DNA from: Candidatus Magasanikiibacteriota bacterium
GTDB taxonomy: Bacteria; Patescibacteriota; Patescibacteriia; Magasanikbacterales; UBA922
Reading direction: 5' to 3'
DNA: 64,000 nt
Assembly (NCBI GenBank): GCA_041674805.1
Contig: JBAYVA010000001.1
Span: 125,136-189,135 of the forward strand
Notes under the pieces: generated by a model
Databases searched by the model: none
What the model was told of the DNA's origin: nothing
Seen by the model: only the letters and a program-made list of their open reading frames with translations
Made by a program: the position numbers and the translations under genes
In this document: piece after piece, positions 53,511 to 62,702 of the stretch
Position numbering within the stretch: position 1 is the first letter of the stretch
Layout: each line of letters starts with the position of its first letter

Positions 53511-55649
53511 ATGAAAAAAGATACTCTCAAAATTGAAGGTATGCACTGCGCTTCATGTGCGGTCAGTATCGAACGCAGTTTGCAAAAACAGCCTGGTATG
53601 AAAAGTGCTAGTGTGAATTATGCTTTAGCACAAGCTTATCTTGAATATGATGAAAAGCAAGTCAAAGATGAAGATCTTGCCAAAGCTGTAGCGAGTGCCG
53701 GGGATTACAAAGTCATGATTGCTGAAGCCAAAGACAAAACAAAAAATAATATCAAAAAAAGTTTTCAAAAATTTGTTTGGTCACTTATTTTCACTTTGCC
53801 GATGCTCGTGGCAATGTTTTTTGAAATGGCTATGTGGTTTCCTTGGGTTGCTCTTGCTTTGTCATTTATAGTTGTCTTTGTGATTGGTTTTCAATTTCAT
53901 CGTGGTATGCTAAGTCAACTGAGACATTTTCAAGCCAATATGGATACACTTGTTTCTGTTGGAACTTCTTCGGCCTTTTTTTATAGTGTTTATGCTATGA
54001 GTATTGGTAGTCCTCTATATTTTGAGACAGCTGCCACTATTATCATGCTTATTTTGCTTGGAAAATATTTGGAAATTAAAAGTAAAGGACGAGCGTCAGA
54101 AGCTATAAAAAAACTTTTTGCGCTTGGTGTGAAGAAAGCTCGTCTGCTAGAAAATAATAAAGAAAAAGAAGTTGTTGTTGAAGATTTACAAGTTGGTGAT
54201 ATCTTGCTTGTCAAAGCAGGGGAGAAGATTCCGCTTGATGCTAAGATTATAGAAGGTAGTACTTCTATTGATGAATCAATGCTGACTGGTGAAAGTGTGG
54301 CTGTGGAAAAAAACATTGGAGACCAAGTTTTCGCGGCAACTATCAATGGTACAGGAGTTATCAAAATACAAGTAAGTAAAATCGCTAGCGAAACTATGCT
54401 TTCCAAGATTATAAAATTGGTAGAGCAAGCTCAAAGTAGCAAAGCACCAATGCAAAAGTTGGTGGACAAAGTCTCAAGTATTTTTGTGCCGAGTGTGATT
54501 GTGATTGCTGTAGTCACTTTTGCAATTTGGTATTTTTTGCTAGGCGCGGGCTTTGAAGCTAGTATTATCAACGCAGTAGCAGTGCTCGTCATCGCTTGTC
54601 CTTGTGCTTTGGGTCTAGCTACACCGACAGCTATCATGGTCGGTAGTGGTAAGGGTGCAGAAAAAGGAATTTTGATCAAAGATTCTGAGAGTTTAGAAAT
54701 AGCCCACAAAATCCAAGTGGTGATGTTTGATAAGACTGGTACTTTGACACAAGGCAAACCAGAAATCACCAATATTCAGGTAATAAAAAGTAATTTAGTG
54801 GAAAATGATGCCTTAATATTAGCTTGTGCTTTGGAAAAACAAAGTGAACATTCACTTGCCTTGGCTTTTGCTAAATTTGCTACAGAAAAAAGTTTGACTA
54901 TTTCGGAAGCTAAAAAAGTTCAAACAGTAAAAGGTAGAGGAATAAAAGGTGTAATAAATAATCAAGAAATATTTTTGGGTAATGCCAAATTTGTTGTTGA
55001 AGAAAAAGTGAAGATAAACAAAGACGCTGAAGAAATTTTTGAAAATTATGCGGAAAAAGGCAAAACACCAATTTATCTTTTTGATAAGAACGAAATCTTG
55101 GCTGTCATCGCTGTAGCTGATATTTTGCGTGAGACTGCCAAAGAAGCGGTACAGAAATTGCAAGACAAAAATATTGAAGTCTACATGATTACAGGTGATC
55201 ATCGCAAAACTGCTGAGGCTATTGCTAATAAATTGGGAATTAGCAAATTTGTGGCTGAAGTCTTGCCCCAAAATAAGGCAGAAGAAGTGAAGAAGCTACA
55301 AGCTCAAAACAAAGTCGTGGCATTTGTTGGCGACGGTATCAACGACGCTCCTGCGCTCGCACAAGCCGATTTGGGGCTAGCTATGGGTGGTGGCAGTGAT
55401 ATTGCCCTAGAAACAGGAAATATCGTCCTAACCAATAGTAATCCAGTCAAAGTCTATGAGGCGATAACTTTATCAAAGAAGACTTTTTCAACTATCAAAC
55501 AAAATTTGTTTTTTGCTTTTTTCTACAATGTTGTGGCTATTCCACTGGCAGCTTTGGGATTACTCAACCCGATGATTGCGGCTTTGGCTATGAGTTTGAG
55601 TAGTTTTTCTGTAGTAGTAAATAGTTTAAGAATTAAAATATCTAAATAA
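53511..55649 (+). CDS. copA: copper-translocating P1B-type ATPase
   Basis: HMA GMHCASCA, CPC, DKTGTLT, GDGINDAP. Confidence 0.92.
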   Translation: MKKDTLKIEGMHCASCAVSIERSLQKQPGMKSASVNYALAQAYLEYDEKQVKDEDLAKAVASAGDYKVMIAEAKDKTKNNIKKSFQKFVWSLIFTLPMLVAMFFEMAMWFPWVALALSFIVVFVIGFQFHRGMLSQLRHFQANMDTLVSVGTSSAFFYSVYAMSIGSPLYFETAATIIMLILLGKYLEIKSKGRASEAIKKLFALGVKKARLLENNKEKEVVVEDLQVGDILLVKAGEKIPLDAKIIEGSTSIDESMLTGESVAVEKNIGDQVFAATINGTGVIKIQVSKIASETMLSKIIKLVEQAQSSKAPMQKLVDKVSSIFVPSVIVIAVVTFAIWYFLLGAGFEASIINAVAVLVIACPCALGLATPTAIMVGSGKGAEKGILIKDSESLEIAHKIQVVMFDKTGTLTQGKPEITNIQVIKSNLVENDALILACALEKQSEHSLALAFAKFATEKSLTISEAKKVQTVKGRGIKGVINNQEIFLGNAKFVVEEKVKINKDAEEIFENYAEKGKTPIYLFDKNEILAVIAVADILRETAKEAVQKLQDKNIEVYMITGDHRKTAEAIANKLGISKFVAEVLPQNKAEEVKKLQAQNKVVAFVGDGINDAPALAQADLGLAMGGGSDIALETGNIVLTNSNPVKVYEAITLSKKTFSTIKQNLFFAFFYNVVAIPLAALGLLNPMIAALAMSLSSFSVVVNSLRIKISK

Positions 55650-55825
55650 ATTGTTATAAAAAAATTAATCCACTGTTTTTATAATGGATTTTTTTTGCTT
55701 TTTGTGATACAATAGCAATGTATTTATTGGCTAATTTTAGCTAAAAATGCTTATTTTACTATTGACAAAAGAGCATTTTTGTGCTATACTTGGCTGTTTT
55801 AAATCTACTATAATCATTTATTTAT

Positions 55826-57325
55826 ATGAAAAAGTATCTTCTATATTTCATTAGTCTTTTCGTCGCTATCGTGACTGTCTTTTTTGCTACGGGTGAAGAA
55901 ACTTTGGCCGCTACATATCCAGCTGGTAGTCTTATCAAATTGTCTAGTAAATCAGCAATATATTATGTTGGTTCTGATAATTTGAAGTATCTTATACCTG
56001 ATGAAGTTACTTTCAAAAGTTGGTATGATAATTTTTCTGAAATAAAAGTGTTGTCAAGCAAAGATTTCAATAGTGTCAAAACTGCTAAATACAATGTAAC
56101 TATTCGTCCTATAAAACAATTGGTAAAATTTTCTAATAGTAATAAAGTTTATGTAGTAGATACAGCAGCTAGATTGCGTTGGGTTGTGGATGAAAAAACT
56201 GCCAAAAAATATTATGATGATGATTGGAACAAAAAAATTGTAATTTTGTCTAGTAGTAGATTTGATGATTATCGTTTGGCTTCTGATTTGGATAGTAAGA
56301 CTATTTTTTCAAAAACACGTGTAGCTAATTCTAGTAATGATATTAATGCTGAATTAAAAAACAGAAAAGTCTTAGTGGAAAAAACAACATCTGTAAGTTC
56401 AAATAATACGACAGTAGAAGTTTCAGAACCTTTTTTGAAGTACATGTCTGAAAATTTGAAATATAGTTTGCAACCAAAATTTTCTTCTACCGTGAATAAT
56501 TATTTTATGAATGCTCAATTTTCAGAGATAACTCTCAATTTGAAATTGGCTGTTGTAGACAAAAATCATAAAATTTATGTAAATGATGTTCCTGTTAATA
56601 ATGCTAGTAGTATCAAATTAGCTTTGTCAATTGGAAAAAATATGTTTAAGATAAAAGTTGTAAGTAATACTGGTAAAGAAAATATTTACAATTTGGAAGT
56701 TTTACGTGAACAAGCCGCTAACAATAGTTATTTAAAATCTCTTACTGAAAATTTGAATGCAAAACTTGATCCATTGTTTGATCCAAGTATCAAAGAATAT
56801 GAAATAAAAGCTGATTATACTGAAAGTGTCTTGAAATTGACTTTGCGTGCTGATGATATCAAATCTTCTATTTATGTAAATGAAGAATTATTGAAGAGTA
56901 AATATTATGGTACCAAGAGTTTGTTACTTTCTTCTGGCGAAAACAAAATAATTGTCAGAGTAGTAGCTGAAAATGGCTATAGTAGAGAATACAAATTGAC
57001 AGTAACTAGATACAAATATCCAAAATTAGGTGACAATGATTTATCTTCATTGAAAATAAGTGGTATTGTTGATACACTTTCACCAGTCTTTGATCCAAAA
57101 CAATCATTGTATTATTTACAAGCCAATGAAGATGAAGATCGCATAGTGATTACGGCCAAAGCAAAAAATAAAAATGCTAGAGTAATAATTGATGGTAGTT
57201 ATACTACTTCTAAATCAGTTTATCTAGATTATGAAGAAAATGAAATCTTTGTAACTGTTGAGATTTCAGGTTATCCTGAATTCACCAAAAAGTATAAAAT
57301 AAGAGTTTATAGAGATTGGGAATAA
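55826..57325 (+). CDS. secreted surface protein with three cadherin-like beta-sandwich repeats
   Basis: Signal peptide; repeated blocks ending ...YxLxVTR (e.g. NGYSREYKLTVTRY). Confidence 0.5.
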   Translation: MKKYLLYFISLFVAIVTVFFATGEETLAATYPAGSLIKLSSKSAIYYVGSDNLKYLIPDEVTFKSWYDNFSEIKVLSSKDFNSVKTAKYNVTIRPIKQLVKFSNSNKVYVVDTAARLRWVVDEKTAKKYYDDDWNKKIVILSSSRFDDYRLASDLDSKTIFSKTRVANSSNDINAELKNRKVLVEKTTSVSSNNTTVEVSEPFLKYMSENLKYSLQPKFSSTVNNYFMNAQFSEITLNLKLAVVDKNHKIYVNDVPVNNASSIKLALSIGKNMFKIKVVSNTGKENIYNLEVLREQAANNSYLKSLTENLNAKLDPLFDPSIKEYEIKADYTESVLKLTLRADDIKSSIYVNEELLKSKYYGTKSLLLSSGENKIIVRVVAENGYSREYKLTVTRYKYPKLGDNDLSSLKISGIVDTLSPVFDPKQSLYYLQANEDEDRIVITAKAKNKNARVIIDGSYTTSKSVYLDYEENEIFVTVEISGYPEFTKKYKIRVYRDWE

Positions 57326-57334
57326 AAAATAAAA

Positions 57335-57366
57335 AAAACTCTCGTAACAACGAGAGTTTTTTATTT
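57335..57366. terminator. bidirectional terminator
   Basis: AAAAAAAACTCTCGT-aaca-ACGAGAGTTTTTTATTTT. Confidence 0.7.
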
Positions 57367-57371
57367 TGTAT

Positions 57372-58394
57372 TTAATTCTTTTTTCTGTTTTTCAAGGCTA
57401 ATTGTCCGCAAGCTGCATTGATATCTTGTCCAAAAGCAAATCTTTCAGTAGTTTTTATGCCAGCGCGAAGTAAAATATTTTTGAATTTTTTGATGTTTTG
57501 TGTTTGAGATGGTCTAAATTTACCTGTTGGGTTGTAACGAATCAAATTGACCATATATAATGTTGTATCATTGCCTAGAAGCTCTACTAACTGTTTGGCA
57601 TGAATTTCTTTGTCATTTATGCCATCCATCATTAAATATTCAAACATTATTTGTCTGTCACGTGCTTCTTTGTATTCTTCTACGGCTTGCATTACTTTTT
57701 CAATAGGGAATCTATCATTTATGGGCATAAGAGAAGAACGTAATTCATTATTTGGTGCATGTAGTGATATTGCTAAATTCAATTGTAAAGGTTCTTTGGC
57801 AAATTTTTTGATACCAGTGACTATACCACTAGTAGAAATAGATATATGTCTAGCACCAATGTTGAAAGCATCTTTGTCATTTAACATTTTTACAGAAGCC
57901 ATTACATTGTCATAATTCAAAAATGGTTCACCCATACCCATATAGACGACATTGGTAATGCGATTGTTTTCAGCTTCATTTTTCTTTAGATATCTAGCAA
58001 AAAATAGAACTTGTAAGATAATTTCACTTACAGTCAAATTGCGACCAAGTCCGAGTGTACCTGTAGCACAAAAAGCACAACCAACAGGACATCCAACTTG
58101 TGAAGAAACGCAGACAGTATTGCGTCCGTCTTTATGTAGCATTAAAACAGTTTCAATTAGAGAGTTATCTTCCAATTGGATTAGTGCTTTGATAGTGTCA
58201 GTATTATTGGAATCAAAAGCAGTTGATTTGATAGTCAAAGGACATTCTTCATTTAGTTTGTCACGTAAAGCTTTTGGTAGAGTAGTGTTTTCATTCCAAT
58301 CTTCTATTAAATCTACAAAAACAGCTTGCCAGACTTGTTTGTAACGAAATTTAGGCTGTTCTCGTAGTACTTCTTTTAGTTTGTCTATGTTCAT
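57372..58394 (-). CDS. rlmN: 23S rRNA (adenine2503-C2)-methyltransferase RlmN (radical SAM)
   Basis: CPVGCAFCATG radical-SAM motif; MGMGEP. Confidence 0.85.
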   Translation of the reverse strand: MNIDKLKEVLREQPKFRYKQVWQAVFVDLIEDWNENTTLPKALRDKLNEECPLTIKSTAFDSNNTDTIKALIQLEDNSLIETVLMLHKDGRNTVCVSSQVGCPVGCAFCATGTLGLGRNLTVSEIILQVLFFARYLKKNEAENNRITNVVYMGMGEPFLNYDNVMASVKMLNDKDAFNIGARHISISTSGIVTGIKKFAKEPLQLNLAISLHAPNNELRSSLMPINDRFPIEKVMQAVEEYKEARDRQIMFEYLMMDGINDKEIHAKQLVELLGNDTTLYMVNLIRYNPTGKFRPSQTQNIKKFKNILLRAGIKTTERFAFGQDINAACGQLALKNRKKN

Positions 58395-58622
58395 AGTGTA
58401 TGTTATAGGTATTGAAGTTGTTAAATCACTTCGTTTGTTGTAATTGAATCTAGGGTATTCTAGCTAAAGTTATCATTTATAACATTTAGAACAGTTACAA
58501 TATTCATAACAATACTACCTTATTTTAGCTTTTTTTTCAAGGGGTTGCTAAATTATATCTTTTTGGTATAATATATCTATAATTTATTAAAGCCTAGTTT
58601 AGGGCAAATTAACTAATGTTAT

Positions 58623-59309
58623 ATGAAAAAGAATTTATTTTTTTTGGCACTAATTTTTTTATTAGTTGGTGCTGGTTGTGAAGAAACTAGTAAATTAAGT
58701 AATAGTGACAGTGAAGATCTGGAAAAGATTGTCATGGATAATGAGTTTTTGGAAGATGAAAGTGGAGAACAAAATGTAACAAATACAGAAAAAATGGAAT
58801 TAGATGATTCTACTAAAGAAAATTCTGGTGAAATCAAAAAAGAAACAAAAACAGTAGAAAATAAATTATCAAAAAAAGAAGAGAATGAAGACGAGGATGA
58901 AGATAAAGAATTTGAAGATGAAGATGGGGAAGACGATGATAAATCACCTTCTCAAGTAACAACACCAGCACCTGTTACTCCAAAACCAACCACACCTACT
59001 ACGCCAACTACGCCAACTACGCCAACTACACCTACTACACCTACTACACCTACTACACCTACTACACCTACTGTAAAATCTTATACTATGGTAGAAGTAA
59101 AAGCTGCTAATAGTGCTCAAAAATGTTGGACAGCAGTAAGTGGCAAAGTTTATGATCTTACTCCTGCTTTGACTCAACATCCTGGTGGAAAAGCAGCTAT
59201 TATGTCACTTTGTGGAATTGATGGCACTTCAGCTTTTAATAATCAACATGGTGGTCAATCAAATCCAATAAGTATGTTGAATGGTTTACAAATTGGTATT
59301 TTGAAATAA
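58623..59309 (+). CDS. lipoprotein with acidic region, (TPTTP)n linker and C-terminal cytochrome b5-like heme-binding domain
   Basis: Lipobox LVGAGC; acidic stretch ENEDEDEDKEFEDEDGEDDD; cyt b5 core KCWTAVSGKVYDLTPALTQHPGG...GIDGTSAFNNQH. Confidence 0.6.
   Translation: MKKNLFFLALIFLLVGAGCEETSKLSNSDSEDLEKIVMDNEFLEDESGEQNVTNTEKMELDDSTKENSGEIKKETKTVENKLSKKEENEDEDEDKEFEDEDGEDDDKSPSQVTTPAPVTPKPTTPTTPTTPTTPTTPTTPTTPTTPTTPTVKSYTMVEVKAANSAQKCWTAVSGKVYDLTPALTQHPGGKAAIMSLCGIDGTSAFNNQHGGQSNPISMLNGLQIGILK
58960..59075 (+). repeat. 6-bp tandem repeat (ACGCCA/ACACCT)n encoding the (TP)n linker
   Basis: ACGCCAACTACGCCAACTACGCCAACTACACCTACTACACCTACT... Confidence 0.7.
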
Positions 59310-59444
59310 AATAATAATTTTATATCTCGTTTCTAATTCTATCATTTAGATTAGGATCAAAAAATTAGGTACGAAAGTATCTAATTTTTGTTTTTTTATA
59401 TATTGTAGTATAATATATAAAATATTAATATTTAAGTTATCTTT

Positions 59445-59810
59445 ATGAATAAATATGTAATCGTTTTTCCTTTATGTTTAATTTTGGCGGGATGTACTGC
59501 TCAAAAAAATGGAAATCCTTCTTTGTCTAATTCAACAGGTAAAATTAATTCTGTTGAAAGTACAAATAATGTGGATGTCTATGATTTGACGCAAGTAGCT
59601 AGTGCTAGTAATAAAGAAAAATGTTGGTCTATTATTAATAATAATGTTTATGATTTAACTAGTTATATAGATAAACATCCTAATGGTCCAAAAGACATTT
59701 TAGCTATTTGTGGTAAAGATGGTACGAATTTATTTGATAGTCAACATATTGGTAATAGAAAAGTTGAAAACATTTTGTCTCAATATAAAATAGGAACTTT
59801 TAAAAAATAA
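59445..59810 (+). CDS. second cytochrome b5-like domain lipoprotein (paralogue)
   Basis: Lipobox LILAGC; KCWSIINNNVYDLTSYIDKHPNGPKDILAICGKDGTNLFDSQH. Confidence 0.55.
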   Translation: MNKYVIVFPLCLILAGCTAQKNGNPSLSNSTGKINSVESTNNVDVYDLTQVASASNKEKCWSIINNNVYDLTSYIDKHPNGPKDILAICGKDGTNLFDSQHIGNRKVENILSQYKIGTFKK

Positions 59811-59819
59811 AATAATAAA

Positions 59820-59850
59820 AAAACTCACTTATTTAAGTGAGTTTTTTATA
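59820..59850 (+). terminator. terminator
   Basis: AAAAAACTCACTTA-ttt-AAGTGAGTTTTTTAT. Confidence 0.7.
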
Positions 59851-59922
59851 TTTAGTTAAGTTGTTATAATATGGACTGGCTTTTTTATAGCATGTAGATA
59901 TTGTCTATATTTACTATAATGA

Positions 59923-60375
59923 CTATTTATTCATTAATCTCGCATTGTGTAAGGCTGCAGATACTGCGTCAGAGCCAATGCTAACACGTTCTTCGGCTAG
60001 TTGTTGATTTGGTGTAGTAAGTACAGCAAAACCAATAGAAATTGTATTATCCAACATTACACGTAAAACACCATCAGTAACCATGTTACAAACATAAGTG
60101 TAATGATCAGTTTCACCTTTGATAATAGTACCAATAGCCACAAGACAATCATATTTTTTACTTTGAGCTAGATGTTGTAATAATACTGGTATTTCTACAC
60201 TTCCCGCTACTTGAAACACTTCTGTATTGTCTTTTGGGACTTGAAATTCTTGTAATTTTTGTAAAGCAGAGGTTTTGATTTTTTCTATAATATTTGAATT
60301 GAAAGTTGCACAAACAAGAGCTACTTTGTAAGAAGAAGCGTCAAATATTTCTAATTCTTTTTTTCCTTCATGCAT
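59923..60375 (-). CDS. ribH: 6,7-dimethyl-8-ribityllumazine synthase
   Basis: VAGSVEIPV; IGTIIKGETDHYTYVCN; 150 aa. Confidence 0.75.
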   Translation of the reverse strand: MHEGKKELEIFDASSYKVALVCATFNSNIIEKIKTSALQKLQEFQVPKDNTEVFQVAGSVEIPVLLQHLAQSKKYDCLVAIGTIIKGETDHYTYVCNMVTDGVLRVMLDNTISIGFAVLTTPNQQLAEERVSIGSDAVSAALHNARLMNK

Positions 60376-60448
60376 ATTATGTATGATTAAGAGTTAGTAA
60401 ATTAGTTATTACTAAGTTAGAAGCTAAATTAAAGTTTTTTTTCTTTAG

Positions 60449-60519
60449 TTCGGGACTAGGGATTCGAACCCCAATAGACAGGACCAGAACCTGCCGTCCT
60501 ACCATTAGACGAGCCCCGA
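60449..60519 (-). tRNA. tRNA-Gln (anticodon CTG)
   Basis: Same scaffold as the 49741 tRNA with anticodon loop TTCTGGT; acceptor TCGGGGC/GTCCCGA. Confidence 0.8.
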
Positions 60520-60570
60520 TTGTTTTCTTTATGTTATAATACTAGCATAAAGAAAAGACAAGTCAATATT

Positions 60571-62199
60571 TTAGACGATTATTTCTCCACCAAGAGCTGC
60601 CGCTAAGTCGCCAATCTGACTATAGGAATTATCATTTTGTTTGTCTGAGTTGGCTATTTCCAAAATTTCTAATTTTATACTTGAGCCTAGTAATTCAGAA
60701 AAAAAGTTTTCAAATTTTGTTTTGTTGCTTGTTTCTAATAATTTTTCTTTATGAAAGGAATATTCTACCGCAATTTTGATTACATTTTTTTCAACACCAT
60801 TTATTTTGGCCATTTTCAAAATAAAGGTCATAGAAGGTGCTTCTTTTTCTACTTTTTTGATGAATTCATTCCATACACTTTCTACTTGAGAAATTGAAAT
60901 GTCTTTTATTATTTCAGGAGAACTGGTTTTTTCTACTACAATTTCTTCTGATTTTTCGGATGTTTGTTTTTCAAAATTTTCTTCTTTTTTTGATTCTATT
61001 TTTTCAATGTTAGAAATATTTTGTGGAATGGTTTCAGATTTTTTTTCTGGTAAAGATTTGGGAGTTGGTAGGGGAGTAGTCGTTTTGTTTTCAGTCGTTA
61101 TAATTGATTGTCCCAAATTACACCATTCTATTACGAGCATTTCTAATGGTAATTGTGGTAAAACTGAATTTTTGATTTCACTATCTCGTTTGATAGCTAA
61201 ATCTAGAAGTTTTATAATTTCTGGTGCAGAAATAATATTAAGTACATCTTCAATTTGTTTTTTTTGTTCGTTGTTTAGATCCATTTCTTGTTCTGCTAAT
61301 TTTTTGTCAACACTAGAAATCATCATAATACGTAAAAATTCGATGAATTCTTTTGAAAAATAAGAAATATTTGTTCCTTCCAAATTTAATTTTCCAATAA
61401 ATTTGATAGCTTCTTTATCATTTTTGTTTGCTAAGTATTCTACGAATTCAATTTGTTGTTCTATATTGGCTGTTGGCAAAATCAGAGAAGCTGTTTTTTC
61501 AGTAATCTTTTTTTCACCAGTTGCTAATAATTGTTCCAAAAGACTAATACCATCACGTAAACAACCTTCACTTTTTTTGGCGATTCTAAACAAGACATCT
61601 TTGTCAATTTTTATACCTTCTTTTTTGGCAATAGCTTCTAGCGTGTTTTGCATTTCAGTATTTGGTACTTTGGTAAAAGTATATCTTTGACAACGAGAGA
61701 TAATCGTTGCAGGTATTTTTTGGGTGTCAGTAGTTGCTAAAATAAATGTTACATAACTTGGTGGTTCTTCCAATGTTTTTAGCAAAGCATTGAAGGCAGC
61801 TGTGGACAACATATGAACCTCATCTATGATGAAAATTTTGTATTTTGATCTAGTTGGTTTGAATTGAGAATTTTCGATGATATTTTGTCTGACATTGTCT
61901 ACGCCTGTATGACTAGCAGCATCTATTTCAATTACATCAATAGAGCTAGAATTGCTTATTTCAAGACAAGAAGAACATTTGTTACAAGGTTCAAAAGTGC
62001 CTTCTTTTCGGTCATCACAATTCAAAGATTTGGCTAAAATACGGGCTGTTGTTGTCTTGCCAACACCTCGAGGACCTGTAAAAAGGTAAGCATGAGAAAC
62101 TTTGTTGTATTTTATTTGATTGGTCAAAGTTTGAATGATGTGTCTTTGTTCTACAATTTCAGAAAATACTTGAGGACGGTAAATGTGGTATAGAGCCAT
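60571..62199 (-). CDS. dnaX: DNA polymerase III subunit gamma/tau
   Basis: GPRGVGKTT Walker A; zinc module CNKCSSC; IIDEVHML; SRCQ. Confidence 0.85.
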   Translation of the reverse strand: MALYHIYRPQVFSEIVEQRHIIQTLTNQIKYNKVSHAYLFTGPRGVGKTTTARILAKSLNCDDRKEGTFEPCNKCSSCLEISNSSSIDVIEIDAASHTGVDNVRQNIIENSQFKPTRSKYKIFIIDEVHMLSTAAFNALLKTLEEPPSYVTFILATTDTQKIPATIISRCQRYTFTKVPNTEMQNTLEAIAKKEGIKIDKDVLFRIAKKSEGCLRDGISLLEQLLATGEKKITEKTASLILPTANIEQQIEFVEYLANKNDKEAIKFIGKLNLEGTNISYFSKEFIEFLRIMMISSVDKKLAEQEMDLNNEQKKQIEDVLNIISAPEIIKLLDLAIKRDSEIKNSVLPQLPLEMLVIEWCNLGQSIITTENKTTTPLPTPKSLPEKKSETIPQNISNIEKIESKKEENFEKQTSEKSEEIVVEKTSSPEIIKDISISQVESVWNEFIKKVEKEAPSMTFILKMAKINGVEKNVIKIAVEYSFHKEKLLETSNKTKFENFFSELLGSSIKLEILEIANSDKQNDNSYSQIGDLAAALGGEIIV

Positions 62200-62371
62200 A
62201 TGTTTGTTTTTTGATAAATTTGGAAAAAATTATAAAGACATTATAGCGTATTTTTGTACATAGGTAAACCTCTTTTTTTGGTATTTGTGATTAGAAGACT
62301 TGCGGCTATTTAGGAGAAGTGCTATACTATTTGTAGTTAAGTTAATTTAATTTAATATTAATTTTAATATT

Positions 62372-62641
62372 ATGCCAAGAAAAGTAAACCCTGCGTTACT
62401 TAAACCACAAAATCTTTCAGCACAATTGGAAGCTATTGTAGGAAAAGGTCCTATGCCTCGTTCTCAAGTTGTAAAAAAACTTTGGGAATACATCAAAAAA
62501 AATAATTTACAAAATCCAGAAAATAAAAGAAATATTTTTGCAGATGATATTCTTATGCCAATCTTTGGTAAAAAGGAAATCAACATGTTTGAAATGACAA
62601 AACTTGTTTCACAACATATTACAGATCCTGATAAAAAATAA
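62372..62641 (+). CDS. SWIB/MDM2-domain protein
   Basis: LSAQLEAIVGKGPMPRSQVVKKLWEYIKKNNLQNPENKRNIFADDILMPIFG matches the SWIB consensus. Confidence 0.7.
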   Translation: MPRKVNPALLKPQNLSAQLEAIVGKGPMPRSQVVKKLWEYIKKNNLQNPENKRNIFADDILMPIFGKKEINMFEMTKLVSQHITDPDKK

Positions 62642-62652
62642 TTTTTTCAAAA

Positions 62653-62685
62653 TCAAAACGTCCTCTAGTAGAGGACGTTTTTTTT
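62653..62685 (+). terminator. terminator
   Basis: AAAACGTCCTCTA-cta-GAGGACGTTTTTTTT. Confidence 0.75.
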
Positions 62686-62702
62686 ATTTGATAGTATTTT
62701 AT

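Noticed and set aside
58960-59075. Regular short repeats considered as a possible CRISPR array
   Set aside because: The units are 6 bp with no spacers. They are in-frame codon repeats encoding the (TP)n linker of a lipoprotein. No cas genes are present.
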